DNA from: Catajapyx aquilonaris
Lineage: Eukaryota
Length of the DNA: 55,338 bases
NCBI GenBank assembly: GCA_000934665.2
Contig: JYFJ02002528.1
Coordinates: 1-55,338 of the forward strand
Reading direction: 5' to 3'
In this document: positions 1-13,800 of the stretch, piece by piece
Numbering within the stretch: the first letter of the stretch is position 1
How the letters are laid out: each line of letters starts with the position of its first letter
Made by a program: the position numbers and the translations under genes
The notes under the pieces: generated by a model
Seen by the model: the letters and a program-made list of their open reading frames with translations, nothing else
Told to the model about the DNA's origin: nothing
Databases searched by the model: none

Positions 1-781
1 CGGGAACTGATATCTTAAAACGGAATATGCCAAAAAAATCTAAAAAATATGGGCGAATTTATTATGTAGTTTCCAAAATGAAGGCTACTTCCCCATTATG
101 GCTCTCCAAAAGCAGATCAATGAGCAAGAAATCATTTTAAAAATATGCATAACCACTGTATAATTCGTAGAACCTGACCTGGTCTTGTACAGTGCTAGTG
201 GGCTAATCCAAGAGAGGTGCAGATTACAAGACCGAAATTCTGGACAGTAATGAAATAAAGTTTTCACGAGACGTTTTAAGAGGCCCAGTAATGAAGGGAC
301 AGGTACAGCCTGGTTTCTGGACCTCATGCGCTTATTCATAAACATGTGTTACAGTTAGGGGACACCATGCACTATGATTACGTTCCCCCTGAAATTACAC
401 GTCAGGAGCTCCGGAATGAATTACAGGGCTTACACGTTCTATTCCGGTCACCATTTCCTCTGCCAATACTGCATACATGAATAGCGTATGCAGTTGCACA
501 CCTGTGGGATGATAAATGGAAAATGCTGAACAAAACAGAATTACGGCGCGTCTGTAACTCTCTCCACCACACACGCATGATTTATTCACGATTTATGTGT
601 TCAGGATTATAGGGGTATTCTTGAAGCACAAAGGCGTTAGGGCGAATGCAAAAGCCCAGTCCACAATACAGGCTATACCGGCTGCGGTAATTGAGCGGCC
701 ATTTCCTTGACAGCTGCCATGGTAATGGCCGACTGATGGAATCTGCCTAACCCAGCTCTATAAGCCTGTCCTGCTGGTTGC

Positions 782-839
782 GGGGAGGGTAGGAGGGAGG
801 GTAGGAACGGGGAGGGGGGGGGGGCTCNAGGGGGGGGGG
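782..839 (+). other. G-rich low-complexity tract with an ambiguous base
   Basis: GGGGAGGGTAGGAGGGAGGG... followed by two long G homopolymers flanking an N at 828. It is G-quadruplex-capable and a likely sequencing trouble spot. Confidence 0.7.
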
Positions 840-3800
840 CTGACGTGTCAATTTTCCTCTGCAACCATCAGCGACTGTTTGGCGCTTCCGACGTATAGGA
901 GACGCCGCTTGATGACAACATGTCTAAGATGCGCTCATATTTCTTCTTCGGAATTTTGAGTGACAGTGGATATCATTTTGGGTATATGTGCAATAATATC
1001 TGATTATACGTGTAACAAAGAAATTCGAGGTTTCAAAAATATGGGGTGCACTTATCCATTATAAAATGTCTGGAATATATATTTTCATTAATTTTACAGG
1101 TTTCACTGATTGTCACGAATTGGCCTGCTCTAGGGGAGAGAGCATTATTGGTCACTGTTGGTCCTAATCCTTTGCAGTGTATAATCAGAACTATTATGGA
1201 AAATTTTCACTCTATGGACAAGAAACGAGGCTTAATTACCATTTTCACATGTGCAATGAAATTTATAGTATAACTTATTTGAAATTTTCAAAAGAACGTA
1301 ACTGCAGTTCAAGTTTAAAAGAGTGTGACCATTTTTTTGTATGTAAAATATGAATCTTTTCACTCCAATAACTGCTTTTCTAGTCGATATCTGATTTAAT
1401 TTTTGCGAAACGAATCCCCAGAATCCCCCAACCACCCCCTAGTGAATACAAAACCTAAAGGAAAGAGGGTTTTAAAAAATCACATTTGGTCCATTACAAG
1501 AGCGCGTGTATGAAATCAGAGAGGGAATGAAAGTGCAAATGTAACACTGCTCATAGAAATTCAAACAACCGGGAGGGGAATGATTCGTGATGTGGCTCGG
1601 ACTAAGTGTTGAGCGGAGGAAAAGGCCCATTAATTTAACAATCAGCACCACCAAATTTTTTTATGAGTCCAAGTATAGGCGTCCCTGTAATGGCTGCTCC
1701 AATCCTCCTATCCTCTACCATTTGACTAGAAAGCACAGGCTCGAAGGAATTTTAGCTTGAAGAGAGGGGAGGGAGGGAGCACACGATCTCGCAACTCAAA
1801 TGTTATCTCAAGTCAGGATCTTCATCGCAAGCTCCACCACCAAGTCAGGAAGCCATTTACCGTGTATATTGCATGCGAGTCCGAACTTAATAGTCCTTTG
1901 ATAATTATGGTCGCGCCGGAGACGTTCTGGTTGGGAATTGCGAAACTTACAGTGGAGGACCCCACTATTCGATGCTAAAATTGCTTGAATTGATCCTACT
2001 TTTTTTAAAAGAACGGATGTGTCACCTTTTTTTGTCACACACGCGATGTGTTAGTAATGGCGTGGAGAATCTGTTTTGAAAGCTCAACTTGAGTGACGCT
2101 CTTTTTGGCAAAGTGCATGCAAAGTACGTTTTGCCATCCCATTTGTGGCATGCCAGATCTTATCTCTCGACTTTATGCGCCGTGGTGTCAGAAATTAGTA
2201 TGTTTAATATGGATACTGCGGCGTTATACGACATGAACTACCTAAAGTGTCATAAATCTAGTCTATTGATGAAAGTCAAAGGGACATGTCCTCCACCCTC
2301 CTCCCCCTGAGCGCCCAATCGCTGCTGGTTGTCAGCTTTTTTACTGGTTCCACTTTTGTAACCAGAGGGCCCTTCGCACACTCTGCTTCAAATTGGTGCA
2401 GGCTCTAATTATGATGAAACTTCCAAACAGGTCTGACATTTCAAATATATCAGAATTGCGTTCACACTACTGCACTGATACAGTGCACTTTCATACTCGA
2501 TACGGAATTACTGGGTGCGATGTGCAAGGAAAAAAAATACACTTTTAAAGTGTAAAATAAACTGTACCCTATTTCAAAAAATCATACACTACTGTATATG
2601 TAGTACGTGTATTTCAAACATATGCGGTGCGAATGATTTTCTATATATAGTTGAGAAAACACATTTTGAATTCCCTCTCCTCATAATATGTGCCAGTCAG
2701 TTTTCCAGGCGGTCGTTCGTGCATTGTCAGCGGAATCGTTTGGTTATTGGTAATTAGGTAATTCGAACTGCATAATTGTTTGGACAATCGCTTTCAATGG
2801 CACTAGTTGGTGGACAAATAATATAACCCAGCGATATAACATCGTGCGCAAGTTTGCGGATGACATAAACTGATTGATTATTGCAAGAAATAGCAGTTGA
2901 TGACAGCCAGGATAACACTGATTCAACCCAACGGTATTTTGACTTGAAATTAATTGTCCTACGCGGCTTTGTTACGACCTACAAAGTGTCCCATTTTTCA
3001 CGGGCCCTTGAACACAAATGACTTATAAACTTGATGCTACAGTGGTGTGAACTGTTCCTTGAGGATCCTGATGTGACAGGTTATATCGAGGCGTTTTAAA
3101 TGGCGCTACAGGGGTGATTTAGGTGGACACTTCAGTTGCCACCATTTCTTTGGATAGGTTTCAATAAAAAAGCGAGGCAAGGACAGTCACATGCACAGGC
3201 CAAATAAGTAAGGAATTGTTCTTAGCAGGAGTATGACACCACTTGTTATCGAAATAAATTTGTTGAATAATAAATCTACTTAATTCCATTTCTAAGTCAG
3301 ATCTTATGTATTAACTTCTTTTTAGAAGTGAATCGTTGCGATCACAAGATTCTATACTCCAAGAAGATCGATCTCGTTGTTGGCGCCTGTTTGGTTATCC
3401 CTCTGGACAGTTCACAGTTTATCTCATTCAAGCATGTCCGTCCATCGATCGGTAGATACTAAGAGATGGGCCATCCGTTACGTTATTTTTTTTCTCCAAA
3501 ACGTGAACCTTGACCCTAGCCGAGACGATAAGTCGGAAACTTTTGATGGCATCCCGCATGCTGATATCCGTTTGCAAGGTGGTGACATCTTCCGCTATAG
3601 TGGTTTTTAAAAAGCGACTTCCCAAGACGTCATCGCGTAACATGCAGTATACCTAGAAGCTTATCGGAATGTTGGCACACTCGATGTAAATAATGAGGGG
3701 ATTTTGGCAGGCTAAGACGCGCTCCTTGTGCCAACTGCTTGTCGTGGCCCCATCTTTTTTGTCCGCTCAGCAAAAGCTACTGTAGGAAGCAGGGAGCCGG

Positions 3801-6800
3801 GGAGGTGGGAGTGCTCTGCCACCCTCCACCCCCTACTATAAGCCAGTAACGACTTGGCTGTCTCTCGAGCATGTTATAAAGCGGCCCTGTCACCTTTCCT
3901 GCCGATATGGATCCTGACAAAGTTGCAAGGGCATGGGAAGCTTGGCCATGGATCCGCTTGCAGCAGAGTACCAAAAATCCCTTCAGGTTTGTGTCCGGAG
4001 GTTGGGACGTCGAACATGCAGTCGACTGAAAAGAAACGGGATTGGTTATCTGATTGACGGGATCTGCCTGTGCTTTTGGAAGCAAAGGAGTCATTTTTAG
4101 AGTATGTGGAAATTAGGACAAAAAAATGAGCATGTGCAGGTTGTACAAAAATATAGTAGGTTCAAAGTGCCCCAATGATTTCTTTCCTGCCTGTTGGCAT
4201 CCTCCGTATGGCTTAATGAGGCATGGCCCAGAACAGGCTTCTTGAGATTTTTCTTGAACCCTTCTAAAGCCGATAAGATTGGCTTATAAAATATCAGCCT
4301 TCGTGATTTCCCGTCTCGCAAGTCAGATATTGGTAAACATTCATTTCTTCTTCAGTGACGCGTGCGTGCCTTCGTTTATTGGCTGACATTTAGGATATAC
4401 TCGGTAGCTCAGCTGCACTTTAATTTTGTTCCATCAGTGATTGATGTCAGACTCTTAATATGCTACTTCAGGAATCCATTGGGAGCCATACCACCAGGCG
4501 AGTCTATTGGATGTCTTTATATCTCCAAGACTTGAATAAGTTAATCTAAGATGTTGCACAATAATATGTACTGGCATGAATAGCCATAACCATGTTTTCT
4601 CTCACTAATTGCATTAATTTGAACTGAAACTGGACATCAGCAAAAATAGTCATATCAAAAGTGATTAGTGAATAGTGATTGATATACTTCGGCAATAACT
4701 AGGATCACGTTGACAAAGGATTGATTGAATTAGTTTTGAAAAGCTACTCAACACTCATCCAATGTGTGGGCAATGTCAGAATGCGACCTATCACGGTGCA
4801 AACACTCAGATATGTGGAGCAAAAAAAAAGTTCTCATTTCATAATGGATGGGATGGTGAGTCATCAAAGACTCGACCTTTCGATGATCGATTAACGTTCA
4901 TCCATCACACATGACAAGCCCGATGTAAATATTGAATTATCGCCGTTTTCGGATTCTCCCCAGCATTTTCTACCAGCACAAATCTGTCTGTGTTGCTTCC
5001 TTTTGCCCCACAATACCACAACCTCGATGCAAAATGCATACCCCATCGTAAAAAAAGGCGTCTTGCAAGAAAACGTGGACAAAAAGCGATTGCATCGACA
5101 GCGCAGCGTGACTGTCGAGTTTGCTCTGCAAGTACATTTTGCAGTGTGATGGCTGCATTGACGGTTGTATCTGGTAGAGTTTATCCTGGCTTGATGTGGG
5201 GTTTCTCTCCCTCAAATAGGGCTTTGTCAGATGCGCCGGATGTTCCAGACTATTTGTGGTCGTGTTATGAGAGGGATTGGTGGGCTGTTCCGAGGTTTAC
5301 TGTTGGGATCGGGACGTGACCCACAAGAACTTTATCGATGGCCAATGGGTGCAGTTTGCGTTTCTCCTCCTTACTCCTCCCTTTTTTGCCTAATCACTGC
5401 CAAAGCAGACGCATAAAACGAGGTACTTACTATGGCTGCAAGTTTTACTGCTAGCTCTGTATAGGCCAACTCTCCTGAGTGACTATTGGGTAGGCGTTGT
5501 GTATGTACATATGATCGAACATCATCTCTACTGTGGATAGCCAGCTTCCACCCACTACGGACAACCCAACCTGATGACTTACCGTTAGTGCGAGAAGCTC
5601 GGCAAGACTGGGAGTTGTCAATGTCATGTATATGACAGAAGTTACCTTGGAAATTATTATAAAAAAATAGATGGCAACCTATGTTATCGCGGTGGGTTGT
5701 CCGGAGTGGGTGAGAGTCACAATTTTTGGCAAAGATGAACATTGTCAATGGTAGAAGAAGGCTCCATAGGATAGTTCCGAACATGATCGAAGGGCTTGTC
5801 ACTTTAAAGTTCATGTTACCCAGCAACAAATTATGAGTTTTCCATAGCTAAATGCATGGTGTATGAACTTACAGAAGACATTAAAATGTGAATGAACTAC
5901 CAGCAGAGTTCAGCCTAAAAATAAATGTGGAATTATGTAACATATTATGTGTAATAATAGCCTACTGATTTACGACAACAAAGTTGTTGCGGAGTAATTT
6001 GTTGCCAGCGGACATGCACTGCGTATTTAATCATTTATATTACACTCGCATAAGTGATAACTTCACGGATTCTCTGTACTGTGAACTCATTCATACCTGG
6101 AATCATATACACATGGTTGGAAATCGCAATAAATGTGCCTTCCCACGATGTACGTAATTCACTGGTATGCTTGCAGGAGAATGAGACATGAGTGAGTGGA
6201 AATGAAGGTCCACGACACTTTTACAGTTACTAATGTGAGCTTCATTCTGTGTTACTCTTGTGTAGGTGCAGTGAGCAATAAGCGGAGTCTGTCTCAAAAG
6301 TGAATTAGAAATTATTATGCTACAGTACATTTAGGCTTACTGATAGCAAAACGATGTTGTCAACAAATTCGTTGCCAGGGATGCAACAGAAGCGACAGGG
6401 GCTAGTCCGGGGCTAGTACATGCTACAAAAGTGACGCATGTGATTATGGTAACCGTTTCCGAGCAAGTTTGTTGATGGATTGATAAACAACGAAAACTAT
6501 ACGCGTTAGTGTCCATGGAAACAATTAAAATATCAATTGAAACCAACTGGGAAGTTTTCCTAACTTTAGTTAGTTCTGTACAACAGGCCATAAGTGTAGC
6601 TTTTCTTTACATTATTTCGACTGTGTGTTGCTACAGCAGTTTTAAACTCAATATGTTTCATTTTCCCAGTATAGATAATATCTTATCTAAATTTGCTCTC
6701 CCCATCCATATCTTGAACAACTCAAACGTCGATGGTCTCTTCTCCAAGGAAAAAAACGGCGTCAATAGAAGCATTTTTCATGTGACAGGAGGGGTTTAGA

Positions 6801-9800
6801 TCACTGGCGACAAATCTGGGCTCCAAGAAGCGTCGTGGATTTCTTGGAACCCGCATTGGAAAATAGCATCCTGGATAACATATTACCCTTTGAAACGGGC
6901 GTGTTGTGGAGGAGCTGAACAACACGAATACTGGACGAATCCGATGTTTCGCCTAGCTTTCAATATGAAAAAAGCAGAGTAGGCTACAGTTTCTGACCTT
7001 ACAAGTATACGGTATTGTGAATCACATACTCCTGCACTCCAGAAAATGGAGGACATAAACCTTCCTTGTCAGAATCTTGATACAAGCTATTTTTGTAGGA
7101 TAGCCTCGGAGTTTTCCAGTTTTCCGGATCAATAAGGCTCTAGATGGGCAACTTTCGGTGAGGTTTTTAAATAAAATGTCCTGAAATGTTCATAAGAGGT
7201 GTAAACATATACATTTGGCTCTGCAACAAGTGATTCTCATATTACCATCCCTATAAATGTCATTGGCACTTAAGATGATGTGCTCTCTTGAAACGGAATC
7301 ATCTACTTTGGCATACTATTGGAATGCTGTTCTTTATTTTATAAGAGGGTGTAATTAAGATCCTCGTTGTCTTTGCTATCAAACCCAAACATCTGGATCA
7401 GAACTACGTACTTGATTTATGTTAAAGATACGATACAATAACCAACACAATATTGCTCTCCGTATGAGATCCATTTTAATTTCAGAAAATATTATAGGAT
7501 ACCTCACTTTAATATTTCCTTGAATTATACTCAAATACGGATTGATTTACAATCGGGAATCAATACAGTATGGCTTGAAATATTTTAGGTGAAATAATAT
7601 TGGTTGAATAAGTAATATATTATGCTGATTAGGCCTACATTATTCTACTTTAAAATAGATCATTTTTATAGTGTTTCTCGCACAACAACCAGTGCGGAAA
7701 AATGAAAATATCACACTTAGCAGTCGCATTGAATTTTGTTTGTTGGCACTCCTGACACCTGGTTGGAACGTCAATGGGGATATTAACCCCTGTAGAGGAT
7801 GGTCATTAGGCCCAGAAGAGTGAAATAATTGCGCTGATAAACTTCAAAATCATATCGGCTGGTATCTCATTCAGATCCTTATAATAACCATTCGCGCTAA
7901 TATTTTGCTTTTGTAATTGACAATTTGACAATTGTTATTTAACAGATAACAATATTTCATCCTGGGTACGTGTATGTTTCATGCTCTATTACGTTTGTGC
8001 GCATTCAAATTACTGTCCGCGAGCAAACTGTGCGACAGTTTATTATGCATTACAATACTATATTGATTTACGAATACAGGAGGAAAAGTGGATTTTGAAA
8101 ATGGTTAAATTGACGTTCGCAGCACGTAATTTAATATGTATAACTAATTAATAAGCTAAAACCGCCACACACTCGTCTAGTACAAGTGTCCACGGGATTC
8201 ATCAGTTACATAATTAGAGATGGGCATTAATTGCAATAATGCCCTCTTTCGACAGAAACATGCGTGTATCGAACTACTCTACGAGAGAGGGTAAAAGGAG
8301 GAAAAAACATCTAGCCTAGTGCTGATTGGACTATAATACCGGAAAAGTTAAAAAGGCAGCATGACTCTGGGGTACCGCCGTGCAAAGGCTTCCCAGCTTC
8401 CATTACCATCTTTATTTCAGCATCCATAGCGATGCGAAATGCAGGCCTAGGATCTCCAGGGGACAGGTGGAAGGCCAGGATATCCACACGCTGAAATTGG
8501 ATCTTTTCCACCTGCATTCTCGCTGGCTTTCAAAGTTAGGTTGTTCTGCTTGCTTGTTCAGTCACCTGATGCGCAGATGGAACACCTCTGTGAGTAAATT
8601 CTAAAAGCAGCATATGTACACCACATAATGTATAAGACATTTTCCCGCCTGATTTTGGATGTCATATGCTACGACAAAGGATGTTCAGTGGAAGATAAGG
8701 ACGGTAAAGTCTTAATGTTGTCTCCTCTGTAAGTGGCGTTGTAATGCCAGCCATGCTCCATTTGCACTCTGGAATGAACATTATAAGGCGCATTCCAGAG
8801 AGCAAGTTGCGTGTGGTTGACATTCCCGCGCCACCTAGAGGAGACAATATTGAGGTGTTGTTTTTTTGTTTGCGATCTTTAATGTCGCCCCCAGTACATG
8901 CATAATATAACCCTGATCCCATAACAAGGATGTGATGTGGTTTAATGTGTTGCGAATTATGTCCATATGCTGCATTTCAGCACTAAATTCATTTTCAACG
9001 ATTTCTCATCCGAGTGTAAATACGGTCGTAAAATAATGTCAAAATTGGGGAGAGACTTTATATGAGGGGCTACAATATTGACAGGATGATCCTTTAAGCA
9101 CTTCATTTAGGGGAAATTGTGCGGTATCTTTATATGGCTTATTTTTCAAACATCCATGTTGGTGACTGAGGCGGCTTTGAACACTTTGCCTCGAGGCTGT
9201 AGCTCATTGCATAGGTTTCAGTGTCCATATTGTTATCGTTCAATTCAGACGTATTAATCGAAAAGCATATTTTGAAGAGTAGAGGGAAACAAGCTGCATT
9301 TTTCTAAAAAGCTATACGTATTATTATTATACGGTACCTCGGAATGTAGTTTGTGACTTGATTCGTCCATTACATGCTGCTAGCAAAGTTTCACGCTAGC
9401 ATCGGTGATTGTGATAAGCTGGAAAAGCTATTCTGAAACTTTACTATCTATAGTATGAAACTATGGAAGTGTAGTCCCTTTTGGCTAGACAAGTCAAAAG
9501 TTTTCATCACGTATTCTTCCGTGACTATATCCGACAAATGAATCTGGATGTAATGAGATTATTTGGAGAGGATCCAACACTATAACATAGTTCCTTCTGT
9601 CTTGGTATGACTACATAATGTGTATACGGAACGGCACATACGCCATTTAAGTGATCTCGACCCGCCATCATCTGACGCAGGTCAAACGCCCCGTAATAAA
9701 CATTCCTTCCCGGGAAAGGGCATTACGGGTTCCTAATTCTCCGCCGGATACTCTGTACCCATGACCATTCTTCACGTGAACTAACAGGAAATCGATCCTT

Positions 9801-10619
9801 TCGGACGTCCGCCTTTAATACCCCCCGTTGGAAAATAGGATGATCCGGGGAAAAGGGGGTATTTTTCCCGTTGAAGAATTCCAGGGAATGTATATCCCCC
9901 TTCCACGATTTTTTTTCCACCGAAAACGATTTCGATAACGAAACCAAGGTTTCAGAGAATGTCCCTTCGACATAAACTTAGGATATTCATATATGTAGTG
10001 TATAACCCAAGTTTGCGCAAAGTCCACTGGCTCTATACTTTTTGATCCTGTCTCCCCACCTTTAGGGTGCCTCTAGAAAACTCGGAAATGATTTTCCCAC
10101 TGGAAAGCAAGCGTTCTTATCCCTGGCACCGACAAATGGAATGATGTGCCGAATAACGTCCACGACTCTCTCCTGGAGGGATTTCAAAGTTTGGAAGTAG
10201 AGAGTCTGAACCCGAGCAAGCGATCGGTTCTCCTGGTGCCGCGGAAAGAGAGTGCTGGGAAAGGAAGAAGGAGAAGAAGAAAAAAACCGTTCCTTCAGCC
10301 GAATAAAGGAAAGTGCAGTATCTTACATCCCTGCACTGTACTATGTCTAGAAACGCGGCATGCAATAAATTCCGGTAATGGGTCACTGACTTTTGGTACA
10401 ATTCAGCGCACTTTTCTCTTACTGCCCCGCAAATGTCGGTGCATAATAATTTATTATTTCCCGAGCTGCCTGGCAACACTGACCCGAACAACAGAATGCC
10501 TCTCCGACTTACTGCATGCGGCACAACCCGCAGATCCTTTATCTGGACATAAATTATGTCAGGAGGTCAGAATTGTTCTTTGGCTAGGCCAGAGATGGCG
10601 GAAGTGTCTATCCTTGGCT

Positions 10620-10890
10620 GCCATCTATCTCTTGTGACGGGTGTACACAGCCTTAGTCCTGCTATCTATTACCAGTGACGGATCTACACAGCATCACTTT
10701 CGCCCTCTCTCGGTTGCGACGGTAAGCCTATAATCGCGTCTGCCATCTATCGGCTCTAATGGGTGTACCTAGCATCACTCTTGCCATCTATCGCCTGTGA
10801 TGGGTCCATACACAGAGTAACTACCGCCATCCATCAGTTGGGACGGGCCTACGTAGCATTATCCGTGTCACCTATCGTATGTCACGTCCT
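10620..10890. repeat. Degenerate tandem array, about 7 units of 40-43 bp, core GCCATCTATC (CTCF-like on the minus strand)
   Basis: Cores start at 10620, 10661, 10702, 10742, 10783, 10826 and 10867 (gccatctatc, gctatctatt, gccctctctc, gccatctatc, gccatctatc, gccatccatc, gtcacctatc). Most are followed by a GTGACGGG-like and a TACACAGCATCAC-like block. Confidence 0.8.
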
Positions 10891-13800
10891 GTGCCATCAA
10901 TCAATAAGGTCAGTGTTTGACCCTAGACTGAAGGAAAAGGGTAAAAAGGTAACCATAAGTTTTGTGAGCAGCCAGTAAAATGAGGCAGGCATGTGCAGAA
11001 ATGCAGTGTCAACAATATCTAGGGAATGCACTGTGCCAGTACACTGTACATCCCAAGTGGTTCTAGGCCCCTGAATGCTAACCGGAGCCTATTAGTCCGC
11101 GTTGGAGGAAATGTAAAGCCAGTGCCGCAACTACCTTCCCTTTTGCATGCTGCAAGGTTGCTGCTCTAGAGCCATTAGCTTCCACTATAGTAACACTGCT
11201 GGCCTACCACTTGGGAATAATGGCCCGGTCTCGGCCGTAGAATATTTGCCTTTGGACACGGGATTATGAAAGCGAGTGTGTGTACGTAGGTGATGCTGCT
11301 CATGTGTGCGTGTGTGAGTTTGTACTGTCTGCAAAAAAGTCACTTAGTACGTGAAGTTTTTTTAAACTATTTACAGCTATGTGCTGCATGATTAAGTACG
11401 TACATTTGTAAATAAGGCCTCTACATAATGATTGTGCAAATTGCGGGGTTGAGTAACGCCATATTGAGAGCGAGTCAGGGTTGAACCAAGGGTCGAGTAG
11501 GATCCAAACACTTAACGAAATGAAAAACGATTCCAGTTTGTTTGATGTTTGTAAATAATGTTAATATTTCTACGGATTTGACATTTACAGTGTTTAATTA
11601 TTATACTCTCAAGCAAATCTCATTTAGTGTGGAATTTTCTCATGTGTAGCATTAAAAATAACAGAAGTTCAGGTAGCAAAAATGTAATAACCACTAAAAA
11701 CACCCGCAGGACACAGATTACTGTTTTGAACGTGAAACTAATCACAAAGTTCATGCTGCATATTTTTCTCTGCAAGTCAGTACCCTGAGGGTAAGCAATC
11801 GCGTGATAACAAGAACAGCACACTGCACAGTAGATAGCGTGCTGCTTCAACCTGGACACAATCATGGTTTTCCTTCAATACCTTGCCCCTCAGTAATTTA
11901 AGAATCTTTCATCATTTTTAACCCGACAAAAAATCAGCTTAAAATTGTTGCGTAACTGTCGAGTTCAGCTCAACTTTCCGTAATTGACGAGAAGAAAATC
12001 CCTTCTATATTGGGCACAGTGCATTTGAGACCGCGTTACTGAACACGCCTTGGAGCTGATTACCCGTACCGTATATCCTAAGTGGATTTACGCATTCAGT
12101 CCCGATTTGCATTCCATATTAGGCCGCAATCAGTCGGATATCCGGATGTAAAGAAAATGGATCGAAGGCACCTCCCCTACCCCGATGAGGAAGCCTTACA
12201 CCAGCTCATGTCGCCTGAGCATTACTTGTCCAATTTCCCAATAGCAGACTCCTCTCTTCAGCTCATGGAAATTAATAGAAAGTGCAAGGGAGATAAGGAG
12301 CAGCGAGACTCATCTGAGGAACATTTCTTCCGCGGTGCTTCCTCCGGAATCCGGAGGACAGCGCTATCAGAATCCGTGGGAGATCGATACAAAAGAGAGG
12401 AGGGAAAGCAAGAGAAAAAACGGAAGAACGAAAAAAAGGGGGTAGGAGAGCTTCACTACAAAACCAAATTGGGAGTGGGACATCAGCGGGAGCGCTGACG
12501 TGGAATTGCCTGCAACGAAGAAAGGTTTCATCTTTCCAAAGGCCCCGGCCTCCCTTTTGTACGAAATTTGTCCCTATACTTCCACCAACATTCCCATCTC
12601 GTCAGCATTACCGGGATATAAAATTGTGCGGGCCAAGTTTTAATCTCTCAAGGAGTGGAAAGAGAGAAGGGAGTTACTGACATGGCAATTGGATTGCAAA
12701 ATTTTACTGGATGTCTTTGAATTAAGCTAGTTGAGAAGTGGTGGTAGGATAGGGAAAGGAAGGGATGTGCCCTTTGCTTGTTTACATCCAGAGCTTCAAT
12801 CACATTTCTGGAGATGTCACGTGGATTTCCTGATTAAAGGGAATAATTTCTAAATTGAGAGTGATGGGAAAGCAATAATTGGATGTAATTTGCAGTTCCA
12901 GCAAATCAAAGTGCCTTTCAGGCTTGCACGAAAATGTCCAAATGAGGTTGGGTTAGATCGATATTCATTGCCGTGTCGTGTTCTGAGGAATTTATTATAT
13001 TTTCTGTAGAGTTGTGTTTTTTGAACAATTGGGGGTGGAGAGTGGTGATGTGAATTCTGGTCGTTTCAACTACTCGCATATCAACTATTCACAACCTTTA
13101 CGCTGTCCGTGATGAAGTACGTTTTTAGTCGTATTTGAGTACCGTGCTAGAGTACACGACAATATTCAGCATTGCATGTTAGAGTTCCAACCTACTCAAA
13201 GGCGACGATGAAATTTCTGAAAGTTGTTAGGGCACTAAATAATTAAAATTCAACAGCTTTAATCAGTTTCTTCCATCAACTGGCAAATCTGTATAATTGG
13301 CTAAACATTCATCAGTAAGTTACTTTGTACTGTACTGTATCTCCATCTCTTCTAATGAGCATATTCTGCGAACATGTAAGACCTGATCCTATATTAGCTG
13401 GGTTTGACAGGAAAGTATAGGCCTACTGCACATTTTGCTTGCATGACACTGTACTCGGCAACAAAAAACCGTATAACAGTTGCTTTGAGTCATTAGATAT
13501 GGTAAAACTTCTAATGATGGATATTATAAACGTCATAATAATCCCATACTTCCACGGACCGCTTTGATGACAAAACCTTTGAAGTTCAGATTTTGCAGCC
13601 ACCGCTACGAAAATTGAGTGTCGTTAAAATTGCAACATGCCTCATAAATCCCTGATCTATCATAGACAGCCTTCTCGCAGGTAGTCTCTACTGCATATTA
13701 TTGTCAAGGAATATCGTAGATAATTTATTACACAGCAGCTGCTACTGGCATCATTATTAAAAGCGAACAAGTCTACTTGTAATAATGTGAGGTTAAAAAA

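Noticed and set aside
10117..10637. Longest ORFs in the track (135 and 163 aa), and the similar 142-156 aa ORFs at 5371-5829 and 52857-53334
   Set aside because: No recognisable domains, low-complexity composition and overlapping frames. These lengths are plausible by chance in 55 kb.
10620..10890. CRISPR-like repeat/spacer reading of the 41-bp array
   Set aside because: The context is eukaryotic and intronic, no cas genes are visible, the core is only about 10 bp and degenerate, and the intervening segments resemble each other.
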